DNA of 64,000 nucleotides from Candidatus Hydrogenedens sp. (GTDB lineage Bacteria; Hydrogenedentota; Hydrogenedentia; Hydrogenedentales; Hydrogenedentaceae): NCBI GenBank assembly GCA_049968235.1, contig JBMFRC010000001.1, positions 224,001 to 288,000 of the forward strand, read 5' to 3'. Shown piece by piece: positions 52,301 to 61,925 of this stretch (position 1 is its first letter; each line of letters starts with the position of its first letter). The notes under the pieces were generated by a model. It saw only the letters and a program-made list of their open reading frames with translations, ran no database searches and was not told where the DNA came from. The position numbers and the translations under genes were made by a program.

Positions 52301-54769
52301 GCCTTCAAACCCACCATATATCTGAACATTACTTTCTAAAATCAGGGAACCATCTACATTTGCAGGCCCGCCCCATGGAATTGTTCTCAATTCATTATAC
52401 ACATATCCACCGCCATTTGGACCGCCCGCGACCCAGACTTCACCCGCTCCGTCTGCTGCAGCCGCATCTATTCCTTCTTGAATCGTCGCAAATGCAGTCT
52501 CCCAGGTCAAACCATTCGCAACACCGCCCGGTCTCGGTGCCATCTTATCTACACGATATACTGAACCCGTAGGCAAACCGACACCTAAATATACTTCCGA
52601 AGTATATACAAATGAGCCATAAGTTGCTGAGGAAATCTTGCACCGATACCAGCCCGTATCCGTCGGCTGAGCATTGGTTATCGGTAATGACACGGGTCCC
52701 GGACCGGGGATAACTGGACCAATGGCAACTCTGCCTTTCTCCCACTGGAACCGTAAATCTGCACCACCACCCGGTGATATATCGCCATCGCAGGTGAACA
52801 CATGACTATCGCCAATATCAATCATTGCACCTGACGGCTGTAAGGTTACGACTGGCGTGGGCGTGTTTACCTGAACACCCGCCGTACCAGTCGTTATAGA
52901 GTTACCAAATGTAACTGAGGTAATAACACATCGATACAAGCCTGCATCATTTGACGTCGCGGAACTCACATTATAGACATTATTACTATCACCATCAGAT
53001 ACATTCTCCCAGTTACTTCCGCTGAATGTTCTATCTATCTGCCATTGATAACTTAATGTCCCGCTATTTTGCGTCGCATTGCAGGTAATTGAAAATGGAT
53101 TCAACGCGGTAATTGGTGGAGTTGGGTTTACTGTCGGCTGTTGTGTTATGGTAATTGGCGGAGCCTGAACCACCACTTCTACCGTATTGGAATACATAGA
53201 AGCCTTAGTATACGGGTCCGCAATCAGGCAACGGAAGTACCTGGAGCCAATCCAGTCCACCGGATCGATTACCAATACACGCACATTTCCGCCACTCACC
53301 GGCGTAGTCACATTATCCGGGGTGCTACCATAATACCATTGATAATTGAACCGTGGCGTAGAAGGCGGTAAATTATTCGGTGTCCAGATAGTGCCATCAC
53401 CGTTATCCACTGCCACGCTTAATGTCCAGCTATCCTGACCCCAGGTCAACGGCGGACTGGTGCGACCAACTGGCTGGGTCTCCAACCATAATGTGCTCGG
53501 GAAGATGTTTTCACGCAATGCCCATTCCGCTACACCCTGGGCTATAGTCGCATAAACATTGTTCGAATTGAATGTATCAGAATAAGTCAAAAAGTTCGTC
53601 CTGCCATCACCGTTCAAATTACCCGTTGATGGAGCCACCGCTAAATAACTCGTCTGTGGCTGGAACTGGCTCGCCACAACATTGTTATTCGCAAAGTTTC
53701 TAATTGAATTACATACATCACCCTCCAATATGGTCACATGAAGGTCAATAGTACCAATAGGTGAATTCACAGGAACCGTGAAGTCCACCGTCGACGTATT
53801 CCCCCACGGATTGCACACAGTCTTTGACTCCGGCTCCGGTGCATATAATTCAGGATTAGCACCTATAACTATATTCTCAGGAGGAATAGAAGTTAACATT
53901 TTAACAAACTTAGGGTCTTCCATCCCTTTCGTCATATTGCGGATAATATCATCTAACAAATCATTAATAATAATTTGTATCATCTTTCCATACCAGGAAT
54001 ACCAATAATCCATAGCCTTCTGGTCGCCTAAGGTCATATATGCAGCAGTAAAATTAATTAGTGCATCATCCAATCTCGGGTCCGCATCCTCTGCTAAGGG
54101 ACCACCTTTCTCATTTTTCAAAAAAGAAGGCACATCAAAACTTACATCCTGAGATATTAAACATCCCAAACCCGCTTTTAATGTTAGCGTCATTGTTGTA
54201 TTTGTAGTTAAATTTACAGTTTTATCATTGCCACAGCCTGCTATATCTGCACGAAGCCGAACTTGTTGTATGGTAAGTTCTGTATTGCGTGCACGCGTGA
54301 TGTTATTCTGGAAAGCAGTGCGGATAGCATTAACGGTTCCAGAGGGTAAGTTTGTGTTTCTGTTCGGGTCGAGCACCGCATCAAGCAATGCAAAATACCG
54401 CGAATCCACTAACTTAAAACCAGTGCCCTTTGGCGTATAGGACCAAGCACCACTTGGACCAATATTCGTAGTTCCGTGGTCGCTCCTACCATCTGAACCA
54501 TCCCAATACGGACCATCCTGTCCCGTCACCTGACGCCAGTACGCGCTGTTAGCACCAGCACAGTCCTGCGTCCATTGCGGACACAAGCCTAACGACACAA
54601 GCATGTCGTCTATGATATTGTCCATTTCACTTGCCATTTGTTCTAAACTGTTCCAATACTCCGTCCCGTTGTAATACATATACGGGTGCGCCTGTGCCGG
54701 CATGCTTACAAACATAAAAACAAATAACGCCAGCACACACAAGGTTGGGATAAATAATTTTTTACTCAC
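49301..54769 (-). CDS. Giant (1822 aa) secreted adhesin-like protein with parallel beta-helix, Ig-like and DUF5011-like (Big_3) domains and a C-terminal TM anchor
   Basis: Signal peptide MSKKLFIPTLCVLALFVFMFVSMPAQA. Beta-helix repeat run (NCTFYDN…INCVFYNN…). Repeated Ig-like YRC(V/K)I(T/S) motifs. Three modules of the form xxTLLGDNPMSIDCKEEYVEPGYVAQDPEDGDLT. Tail GSGIPVAGAVSIALVSALSALAGVFTLRRRQR. Confidence 0.8.
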   Translation of the reverse strand: MSKKLFIPTLCVLALFVFMFVSMPAQAHPYMYYNGTEYWNSLEQMASEMDNIIDDMLVSLGLCPQWTQDCAGANSAYWRQVTGQDGPYWDGSDGRSDHGTTNIGPSGAWSYTPKGTGFKLVDSRYFALLDAVLDPNRNTNLPSGTVNAIRTAFQNNITRARNTELTIQQVRLRADIAGCGNDKTVNLTTNTTMTLTLKAGLGCLISQDVSFDVPSFLKNEKGGPLAEDADPRLDDALINFTAAYMTLGDQKAMDYWYSWYGKMIQIIINDLLDDIIRNMTKGMEDPKFVKMLTSIPPENIVIGANPELYAPEPESKTVCNPWGNTSTVDFTVPVNSPIGTIDLHVTILEGDVCNSIRNFANNNVVASQFQPQTSYLAVAPSTGNLNGDGRTNFLTYSDTFNSNNVYATIAQGVAEWALRENIFPSTLWLETQPVGRTSPPLTWGQDSWTLSVAVDNGDGTIWTPNNLPPSTPRFNYQWYYGSTPDNVTTPVSGGNVRVLVIDPVDWIGSRYFRCLIADPYTKASMYSNTVEVVVQAPPITITQQPTVNPTPPITALNPFSITCNATQNSGTLSYQWQIDRTFSGSNWENVSDGDSNNVYNVSSATSNDAGLYRCVITSVTFGNSITTGTAGVQVNTPTPVVTLQPSGAMIDIGDSHVFTCDGDISPGGGADLRFQWEKGRVAIGPVIPGPGPVSLPITNAQPTDTGWYRCKISSATYGSFVYTSEVYLGVGLPTGSVYRVDKMAPRPGGVANGLTWETAFATIQEGIDAAAADGAGEVWVAGGPNGGGYVYNELRTIPWGGPANVDGSLILESNVQIYGGFEGYWGMQEDIRAKRAVRNVVTIIDGSVSRGGSPAYHVIVVGSSTQPAVNVRIDGFDIRGGRASGVAGDYHTWRGAGLYNWISQPVIANCTFYDNIAAVSGGAISNESYGGSSANATIINCVFYNNRANRLLDSAGNPMRGGGAIFNNMADPTIKFSTFVGNTVDNTTGGLYGLTSSAIFNYNTTGSGQVHSSIFWQNVPGCIETFCPASNPSCAGLQILESDTSQTVDPLFNNVFPPPTFKLTNASPFVDASTLTSPNYDIQGVSRPQDSASDRGAYELVKQPMNLVCKNISVDLDETGNQIIPANSLLDIANSTVPGGIWKIVVSGQENVNLTCGDRPSTQRTVTVIDYAGSQGTCDATITVNDVTNPTAVCANITVYLNSSGQYTLTASELDGGSTDNCGPLSLSIPPTTYTCANIGQNQVLLTVTDGANLQNTCLATVMVEDNLPPTVVTKNITVDLDETNQATIVPADVDNGTTDNCSIDHLELDRTTFTCADRLTPQTVNLTAYDVNGNQASATAQVTVRDVTPPEIQLRGASYVLLVANIDCYVEEGAFWTDNCDGTGEAVVGGDAVPSNCPLLPSDAGEYVVTYDYTDLNGNVAEQKTRVVKIIVNQPPEITLLGDNPMSIDCKEEYVEPGYVAQDPEDGDLTEEVIVTSTLNIAEPGTYQIEYKVIDHDPENPQTTIVYRTVEVVDNDLPVVTLQGANPLPWKLGTPWVEPGYTADDPCWGGVTVLTEIVGTVDVNTSGMYVITYTPKDYSGHTGTPVERTVYVGEYLQYVAQPQNADAYVDSSAFDLRATISGGIFIPGYDTYEWKRNGSVVDSGSVEFGENTFILTVDPATLTPGTYMYQVEITDLVNTHVSSQARVRIANHISITGDISNAEVVPGDNFSMSVTAQGGIGTLHYQWQKSDGEGGKAWVNLTNGGNISGATSNTLVFTPFNEEDVGQYRCVISDDLTDVIYSSVATLTKGSGIPVAGAVSIALVSALSALAGVFTLRRRQR

Positions 54770-55602
54770 GGCTTGAACCCTTCTCGTTAAAGGTTAAAAA
54801 TTATTAAATTATTATTAAAATCTAAAACATAATCAAGATGCGATAAATTACATCTTAATTGCAATTGCAACATTGAAAAATAATATGTTTTTGATACGAA
54901 GAAAGTCAAATATCGTTAACCTTTTTTTTATTCGTTTCGTTAATATTCAATTTAACTGCAGCCTCATCATATATATTGTTGTATATATACACTTCATTAT
55001 AACATCATATTATAATATACACTAAAAAAAGGAAAAAGTCAAGTCTAAAATATATTTTTTTTGGTTTTTAGCATATCCATTTTTCTAATTTATTGCATAA
55101 CAAGAATATATTAAAAGACCGATTATTCTATCCCTTAAATTAATATCTCCATGTCCTCCGTGGAGAAAAAAACATAATCAACCACAGTAACCACAGAGAA
55201 ATCATTACTCACTGCTCAACAATGCATAAAATAGTAAAGACGGAAGTTACTACTCTCCCCAGTTTGACTTATACCATCCCATCTACTCATCTACATTCCA
55301 ATTTCTTCCACAGGATTATCTCTTGCATCACTCTCAATCATTTCTCTTATCATGTCGGTTTCTGTTATGACTCTGCATAATTTAAAAACTCACCTGCTTT
55401 ACCTCTTTCATCATATTGCACATTTATCTTTCTCCTTACCGGGTAATTCACCTATTCCTTTTGTATAATATATACATTCTTCGTTTCATTTTTTTCTTTT
55501 TACTCTTCCTGTATATAATCTTTCATATACTATTTATTTTATCGTATATTTTTTTACTCAGAGGGTTTATATAATAATTTAAACCAATGAAGAAAGAGGC
55601 AT

Positions 55603-57672
55603 TTGAACATGCAAAGGATAAATCCATCTGAATACATAATTACACCGGGACGTCCGTATCCGTTTGGTGCTATTGTTTCAAATGATGGTGTTCGATTCAC
55701 TATTTTTTCAAGGCATGCAAAGCGAGTATGGCTGGCTCTATTTGAAGATGTTGAGGACAAACATCCTGTGTGGGAATTTGAATTTGACCCGAAACGGCAT
55801 CGAATTGGAGATGTCTGGTCTGTTTTTATCAGAGGAATCCCTACGGAAGGCACTTTATATATGTATCGGATGGATGGACCCTATGACCCGCGTTCTGGGC
55901 ATCGTTTTAACCCTTCGATTTATTTGCTTGACCCTTATGGTAAAGCGTTTATTGGGGATGTTGATAAAGGGACCATGAAGACGGTAGTTGTTCCAGATGA
56001 GATGGATTGGGAACCGGAACGACCTTCTCATCTTCCCATGAATGAATTGATAATTTACGAGACGCATGTTCGTGGTTTTACAATAAATTCTCCTGAAGTA
56101 AAAAAGCCCGGTACATATCGGGGGCTTGTAGAAAAAATCCCCTATTTAAAGGAACTGGGCGTGAATGCGGTTGAATTATTGCCCATTCAAGAATTTGGAG
56201 AGCGACGGATTGGTAGATGTAGCCTGATTACAATGGAGGAATTGATTAATTATTGGGGATATAGCAATATTGGTTTTTTTGCACCGACACATTGTTATGC
56301 GGTAAATCCTATCCGATATGAACACCTATCGGAATTTCGTCGTATGGTAGAAGCCTTACATCGTTCTGGGATAGAGATTATTCTTGATGTTGTTTTTAAT
56401 CATACATCGGAAGGGAATGAATTGGGACCTACCCTTTCTTTTCGCGGCATAGATAATACTATCTATTACTTTTTAGACAAAGATGGTCGTTATCTGAATT
56501 ATTCTGGTTGTGGTAATACATTAAATTGTGACCATCCGATTGTCAGGGATTTCATTCTGGATTGCCTTCGTTATTGGGTAGCGGTAATGCATATTGATGG
56601 TTTTCGTTTCGACCTCGCATCTATATTGGGCAGGGATGAGGAAGGGAATGTTCACCCGGATGCCCCGTTGATTGAGCGAATCGCAGAGGACCCGGTTCTA
56701 CGCCATGTAAAACTGATAGCGGAGGCATGGGATGCAAGTGGTGCTTATCATGTAGGCTCCTTTGGAGGATTACGATGGGCGGAATGGAACGGTAAATATC
56801 GTGACGATGTGCGTAGATACTGGAGAAATGACCCCGGCATGCTTCCTACTTTCGCAACGCGCATTGCAGGTAGTTCCGACTTATACCAATGGGGTGGTCG
56901 TTCACCTTCGCATAGTATAAACCTGATTACCTGTCATGATGGTTTTACTCTTCACGACCTGGTTACCTATTCTTGCAAACATAATGAAGCCAACGGAGAA
57001 AATAATCGGGATGGAATGGATGAAAATTTTAGTTGCAATTACGGTATCGAAGGGGAAACAGATGACCCCGAAATAAATAAAATCCGAACACAGATGAAGA
57101 AGAATTTTTTGGCAACATTATTTATTTCCTTAGGTGTTCCGATGCTTCTGGGCGGAGATGAGTTTGGTAGAACGCAAAATGGGAATAATAATGCCTATTG
57201 TCAGGATAATAAAATATCCTGGTATGACTGGGATTTATTCCAGAAAAATTACGATTTGTTCCGCTTCTGTAAAGGAATGATTCAGTTCCGAAAAGAAAAT
57301 CCGGTTTTACAGCGGGCAACCTTTTTCGACGGCATTCCTAAATATGGACAGCAGAAATGGGCTGATATTACATGGTTTAATGCGGAAGGAAATACGGTAA
57401 ATTGGGATGGGGAAGATTCTGTCTTTGGTTGTCGAATTGATTCAGAGGTTAATAATGGCTATGCCTTGTTCTTTATCTTTAATAACACACCTTATGAACG
57501 CTCATTTTTAGTAACAGCAGAACCATGGCGTATCCGTGTGAACACCGCAGAACCTTCACCCCGGGATTATTATGAACGGCACCAAACCCGCATACTTACA
57601 GAACGGATAATTACTGTTCGTCCTCGTTCTATGATTATTCTCGAATCAAAAAGTACCTCTTCAAATCAATAA
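55603..57672 (+). CDS. glgX: Glycogen debranching enzyme (isoamylase-type, GH13)
   Basis: N-terminal CBM48-like region. GH13 catalytic blocks DVVFNHT, GFRFDLAS, EAWD and the TCHDGFTLHD C-terminal block. Confidence 0.88.
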   Translation: MNMQRINPSEYIITPGRPYPFGAIVSNDGVRFTIFSRHAKRVWLALFEDVEDKHPVWEFEFDPKRHRIGDVWSVFIRGIPTEGTLYMYRMDGPYDPRSGHRFNPSIYLLDPYGKAFIGDVDKGTMKTVVVPDEMDWEPERPSHLPMNELIIYETHVRGFTINSPEVKKPGTYRGLVEKIPYLKELGVNAVELLPIQEFGERRIGRCSLITMEELINYWGYSNIGFFAPTHCYAVNPIRYEHLSEFRRMVEALHRSGIEIILDVVFNHTSEGNELGPTLSFRGIDNTIYYFLDKDGRYLNYSGCGNTLNCDHPIVRDFILDCLRYWVAVMHIDGFRFDLASILGRDEEGNVHPDAPLIERIAEDPVLRHVKLIAEAWDASGAYHVGSFGGLRWAEWNGKYRDDVRRYWRNDPGMLPTFATRIAGSSDLYQWGGRSPSHSINLITCHDGFTLHDLVTYSCKHNEANGENNRDGMDENFSCNYGIEGETDDPEINKIRTQMKKNFLATLFISLGVPMLLGGDEFGRTQNGNNNAYCQDNKISWYDWDLFQKNYDLFRFCKGMIQFRKENPVLQRATFFDGIPKYGQQKWADITWFNAEGNTVNWDGEDSVFGCRIDSEVNNGYALFFIFNNTPYERSFLVTAEPWRIRVNTAEPSPRDYYERHQTRILTERIITVRPRSMIILESKSTSSNQ

Positions 57673-57743
57673 CATTTACACAATTCTTCTCATGGAATAA
57701 TTAGCATTGTTCGCCGGAATTAAAGATAAAATGTAGAGGTAAT

Positions 57744-58595
57744 TTATTTCTTATGCTTTTTAACTTGTTTTTTACGGATGGTATCCATTCTTCTTGTTTT
57801 AATAATTTGTATCGCAATAATTCCTGAAATAAATATTAGAACAAAAATCAAAACAAGGATAATCTTTATCCCTTTCGCATTAGAAGAGGTCGTTTCTTCA
57901 ATAGGCGGTGAAGCAGGGGAACTATGGTTTGAATCTGAGGAAGTGTTATTGCCCGGAAAAAGAATTTCTCCGGGAAGGACATTACAATTGACAGCGTTCC
58001 CTTCCGGGTCTGCAAGAACAGTATTAGAAAGTTTGACAAGTTGCCTGCCCGCAAGCGTGCTGTCTTCTATTGTAATGCTAACAAAAAGGATAGTTCCTTC
58101 GGGTATAGATTGTTGATTAAGTCCTGCTATGATAGTTCGGTAGGTCTGATTTTTGATCTGGTTATAAGATACCATTTTGTTAGATTTCTTTGCAGATTCC
58201 GCCACGGACATGTTTGTAATTTTTGTCCCTGCGGGAATAATAATATCGAATTGTATGCCCGAAATGCGTTCAGAGGGTTCTATTTTCAGGTCAATAGGCA
58301 AGAGAATATCCCTCTGTCCCTGCTCACACTTGACTTTTAGTGGACATAATGTTGCGGGATAGGCAAAAAGGGGAAATATAAAACCCGTCAAAAGAAGGAT
58401 AAGTATCTTAGAAAATAGACTATTTTGTTTCCTTTTATCTATTTCTTTCTTAAATAGAATTTCTGTTCCTTTATCACAGCAGATACAGTGGTCAGGGTTA
58501 TTAATAATGTGATAGTTATGGATACGAAAATTAGTAATGAATAGTCTGTTGGTAATATATTTTCTTTTGCAATATTTGTCTCTATCGTTGTACAT
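57744..58595 (-). CDS. Cohesin-like domain protein with C-terminal membrane anchor
   Basis: Hydrophobic leader …LILLLTGFIFPLFAYPA. Paralogous domain (ISGIQFDIIIPAG…RTIIAGLNQQSIPEGTI…) shared with the next two genes. C-terminal TM plus basic tail. The ATG at 58595 overlaps the upstream gene by 157 nt, so the start is uncertain. Confidence 0.5.
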   Translation of the reverse strand: MYNDRDKYCKRKYITNRLFITNFRIHNYHIINNPDHCICCDKGTEILFKKEIDKRKQNSLFSKILILLLTGFIFPLFAYPATLCPLKVKCEQGQRDILLPIDLKIEPSERISGIQFDIIIPAGTKITNMSVAESAKKSNKMVSYNQIKNQTYRTIIAGLNQQSIPEGTILFVSITIEDSTLAGRQLVKLSNTVLADPEGNAVNCNVLPGEILFPGNNTSSDSNHSSPASPPIEETTSSNAKGIKIILVLIFVLIFISGIIAIQIIKTRRMDTIRKKQVKKHKK

Positions 58596-59743
58596 TCGTT
58601 GCTCCTTCCCCTGGTTGGAGATATATTGGATATATTTAGAGCAAAATAAGGATTTTGTAAGGTTTTGTTTGTATCATCAAGGGAAACTATGCGTATATCT
58701 GAATTATTTTCGGTAGTAGCGTTCATAGTAGGCAATGAAGATTTCTCCACAGTTTTTGTGAACGGAGATGGATGCGTCCCAGCAGTCCTACCTATAGGAG
58801 TTGGATTCAAATTTTCATTTTGAGGAACTTTGTTCTCAGTAATCAGGATAGTTCTATCATCAGGTATATATTGCTTTGCCCAAAAGTTACTTTTTTCGGG
58901 AATAGGCATAAGTTTCGGTGCATTCACATTATGTTTTTTATTTTCTACTTTCCTGCTATGTAAGAATGTATCTTCATTGTGGATATAGGGATTGCTTATG
59001 TTCGTTACAAAACCTGAAGAAGAGGTTGATGAGGATGCTTTTGTAGATGATGATTGAGAATATATGGGTCGGGTTTCCGTATTTGCTACTCTTTGGATAA
59101 CGGGTTTTACCTCTGTATTCATATCAGTAATATTTGTGTTTACATCGGATTGATTGTCTATTTGATGGTTCATTTCTGTTCCGGTAGAAGTGGTGGAATT
59201 ATTTGTATCGGAAGGAGGGATTTCTTCTGCAGGATTGTTATCTGTTGAAGTTTCTGAACCTTGACTACTGTTAACAGTTGCGGATACAGGTTGTGCCTGT
59301 GGAGAGGAAAGTTTTACCTGTAAGATATTAAATCCTGGTCCATTTGTCCCCTCTGACAGAGCATTAAACTGCACTGTGAATAATTCTCCACTGGGAATTG
59401 GATGGTTATTCAATCCGATGATAAGAACTCGCAAAAGACCATACATTTTCGCAACTTGTAATTGTTTACTACTTGCCCATAAAGTGTCTCCCGGGAATGC
59501 AGATACAAATTCCCAATTCTGGGCATCATATCCACATTCCAATTGGATTCCACTTACTTCTTCTTCAGGCAAGACTGATAAAAATACATGAACAACGACC
59601 ATCGTTTCTCTTTGTTCCAGACTTGTGTCTAACATTGCAGGGAAAGATGAAATGTGTAAAAGCAAACATACTGCAAAGGGCAAAAAGAAACTCTTTTGCC
59701 TCATTTTAATAGATGATGTATATTTTCGCAATATGTTGCCCAC
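58439..59743 (-). CDS. Cohesin-like domain protein with Ser/Thr/Asn-rich linker and C-terminal membrane anchor
   Basis: Signal peptide (…FFLPFAVCLLLHISSFPA). Cohesin-like block (VSGIQLECGYD…LRVLIIGLNNHPIPSGEL…). Long STN-rich spacer. C-terminal TM plus RKK. Confidence 0.5.
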   Translation of the reverse strand: MGNILRKYTSSIKMRQKSFFLPFAVCLLLHISSFPAMLDTSLEQRETMVVVHVFLSVLPEEEVSGIQLECGYDAQNWEFVSAFPGDTLWASSKQLQVAKMYGLLRVLIIGLNNHPIPSGELFTVQFNALSEGTNGPGFNILQVKLSSPQAQPVSATVNSSQGSETSTDNNPAEEIPPSDTNNSTTSTGTEMNHQIDNQSDVNTNITDMNTEVKPVIQRVANTETRPIYSQSSSTKASSSTSSSGFVTNISNPYIHNEDTFLHSRKVENKKHNVNAPKLMPIPEKSNFWAKQYIPDDRTILITENKVPQNENLNPTPIGRTAGTHPSPFTKTVEKSSLPTMNATTENNSDIRIVSLDDTNKTLQNPYFALNISNISPTRGRSNECTTIETNIAKENILPTDYSLLIFVSITITLLITLTTVSAVIKEQKFYLRKK

Positions 59744-59753
59744 AATATTTTCC

Positions 59754-60542
59754 CTATGTTGGACCTAAGGCAAACCCATCCTCCGTGCCAACTTCAGGAT
59801 GATAGGAACCATAGTTAAAAATTTGTATAAGTCGTAAGATTTCATATAACTGAATTTTCCAATCAGGACTTCCATAATAATCGCTATTGTGTGGAGAACA
59901 AGTTTGATTCTTACTCGTTACGCTGTATCCATCCTCCGTATCACACGAACAGTAGTATTCTTTAGAATTGTAGAATTGGATTACACGCAATAATTCGGTT
60001 AATGAAATAATCCAATCACGATTCGAGTCTGCACTGTGAAAAACACTCCTTTGAACGGTCAAATTCCCATTGATTAGAGAGACGGGAACAGAAGTTCCGA
60101 TAGGACTGGATAATATCGCACGACTTAATGAAACATCATAAATCCCCGCGGGAGTAGATGCACATACCTGTAAGGTTATCTGAGCAATACTCCCGCTGGG
60201 GATAATATTCTGGTTAAGTCCTGCAATGATAACTCGAGCCTGACCAGGAGTTACAATATTGTATTGCACCTGTTTTTGAGCCGAATTAGATGACGCACCT
60301 GCAATCACTGTTATTAGTTCACAGATATCAGGATTGTAGAGAATATCAAACTGGATAGCACTTACAGATTCACTACTGGACACGGTAAGCATTGCATTTA
60401 ACACAATTTGAGTTCCACTGTCCGCATACCCGCTTTCAATAGATAATTCTGCGGGATATGCGGAAGAGAAATACGAAAAATATCCGGATATAAATGCCAT
60501 CACAATAATCCTGATACTTCTGTAACTATCCAGTTTTCGCAT
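59754..60542 (-). CDS. Cohesin-like domain protein (secreted)
   Basis: Signal peptide ending SSAYPA. Block VSAIQFDILYNPD…ARVIIAGLNQNIIPSGSI… paralogous to the two genes above. Confidence 0.5.
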   Translation of the reverse strand: MRKLDSYRSIRIIVMAFISGYFSYFSSAYPAELSIESGYADSGTQIVLNAMLTVSSSESVSAIQFDILYNPDICELITVIAGASSNSAQKQVQYNIVTPGQARVIIAGLNQNIIPSGSIAQITLQVCASTPAGIYDVSLSRAILSSPIGTSVPVSLINGNLTVQRSVFHSADSNRDWIISLTELLRVIQFYNSKEYYCSCDTEDGYSVTSKNQTCSPHNSDYYGSPDWKIQLYEILRLIQIFNYGSYHPEVGTEDGFALGPT

Positions 60543-60545
60543 AAG

Positions 60546-61844
60546 TTATTCTTTGTTTTGATTTTCTGCGTAATCCAGTATTCCATTTCCATTTGCGTCA
60601 ATGTCCTGTTCATTAGGGATGCCATCTCCATCCCAATCCTGTTCAGTGCGGTTATCGGGGTCTAAATAATTAGGGATACTATCTCCATCACTATCTTCAA
60701 TAAAATCAGGGATACCGTTGTTGTTCAAGTCAAATTTGCAATGGTTCCCATTACAAATCTGATTTTCGATAAAATCCGGTATATGATTTCGGTTTGTATC
60801 TGTAACTTCGGGTATTTGCAAACTATCCAGCCATGCCATAATTTGCTGTTGGAGTTCAGTCTGGAACTGATTCATAATAAGGTTCGTGATGGACTCCGGT
60901 CCCGGTACTCCTAACTGGATAAGTGAATTTTTAATCATTTGTTGAAAGCATTGAATCAGAGGTAAAACCATCTCCGGATAGCCATCTATCTCAATCCGAT
61001 TTAATGAAGGGGTAAGAAGAGTATCCTTATGGGGTTGGATACATGTCCCTAAACTCTGGAGTAGCGTGTTTATTAAATTTTCATTAAATCCAAGTGTTTG
61101 TAAATAGGGAATTGACAGAAGTTGGGTTTTAATCTCGTTAATGAGTTGTTCATAAATATCCGGAATTTGATTACCATTTTCATCCATATCTGGCAGAGGC
61201 TCGGCAATTCTCCCCAATAAGTTCCTTAAATCGGGAATTGGGATATTGGATTGCTGTAAATTCAGATTGTTCAACTGTAAAGGCTTACCCGTGGATAATT
61301 GTAATAACGGGATAGCTAATGAATTTAAGGGACCTATCGGAGCAAGGATAGGAAAAGATTGTAAGCCATTTCCCGAATTGCTTATCATTCCAAAAGCCCA
61401 TGTGGTCCCAACAGGAAGAAGCATCTGGAATATCCCATCCGGAGATATTTCTGAAGTTATTATCCTGCCATCTTCTGAAAGGGCTACAAATAATGGAGAT
61501 GTTCCCTGTTGTTCATTGCCGAATGTAGAGGCTATTTGTCCTTCCAGAGGTTGGACCAATCCACCAGTTCCTAACACAGAATTTATCAGTGTTTGAATAT
61601 CAAGAACATCCACCATGTCATTCTGGTTAACATCTGCCATAGGAACAGGGGCATTGATTCCGATAGCGATATTAATTCCGTTCTGGACATCCAGAATATC
61701 AATTACTCCATCTTTATTAACATCGCCCGGTATAGCGTCAATTGCTCCCCATGATATAAATGGGAAAAGCAATAGGGCAAAGATTATAAATCTCTGGAGT
61801 AAATATATTTTCCCGCTTTGGGTTGTTTTTAACTTGTTATTCAT
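60546..61844 (-). CDS. Dockerin-domain protein with C-terminal thrombospondin-type-3-like calcium-binding repeats
   Basis: After the signal peptide: GDVNKDGVIDILDVQNGINIAIG…ADVNQNDMVDVLDIQTLINSVLG, a duplicated dockerin Ca-loop (DxNxDGxIDxxD plus helix). C-terminal DxDxDG repeats (DSDGDSIPN, DWDGDGIPN, DANGNGILD). Confidence 0.65.
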   Translation of the reverse strand: MNNKLKTTQSGKIYLLQRFIIFALLLFPFISWGAIDAIPGDVNKDGVIDILDVQNGINIAIGINAPVPMADVNQNDMVDVLDIQTLINSVLGTGGLVQPLEGQIASTFGNEQQGTSPLFVALSEDGRIITSEISPDGIFQMLLPVGTTWAFGMISNSGNGLQSFPILAPIGPLNSLAIPLLQLSTGKPLQLNNLNLQQSNIPIPDLRNLLGRIAEPLPDMDENGNQIPDIYEQLINEIKTQLLSIPYLQTLGFNENLINTLLQSLGTCIQPHKDTLLTPSLNRIEIDGYPEMVLPLIQCFQQMIKNSLIQLGVPGPESITNLIMNQFQTELQQQIMAWLDSLQIPEVTDTNRNHIPDFIENQICNGNHCKFDLNNNGIPDFIEDSDGDSIPNYLDPDNRTEQDWDGDGIPNEQDIDANGNGILDYAENQNKE

Positions 61845-61925
61845 ATCGAAAATCCTTCTAAAAAATATTATTTACTAATTTTATGAAACTTTATAGATAA
61901 TAAGAGAGAAATGACAAGATATGTG

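Noticed and set aside
49466-54440. About fifteen 60-110-aa ORFs on the plus strand inside the giant adhesin gene
   Set aside because: All are antisense to a long, domain-rich CDS. They are His/Arg-rich artefacts of the GC-richer coding strand.
54770-55602. 830-bp non-coding AT-rich region between the adhesin gene and glgX (looked for tRNA/sRNA)
   Set aside because: There is no cloverleaf-compatible GC-rich segment or TTCGA-type T-loop. It probably just holds divergent promoters.
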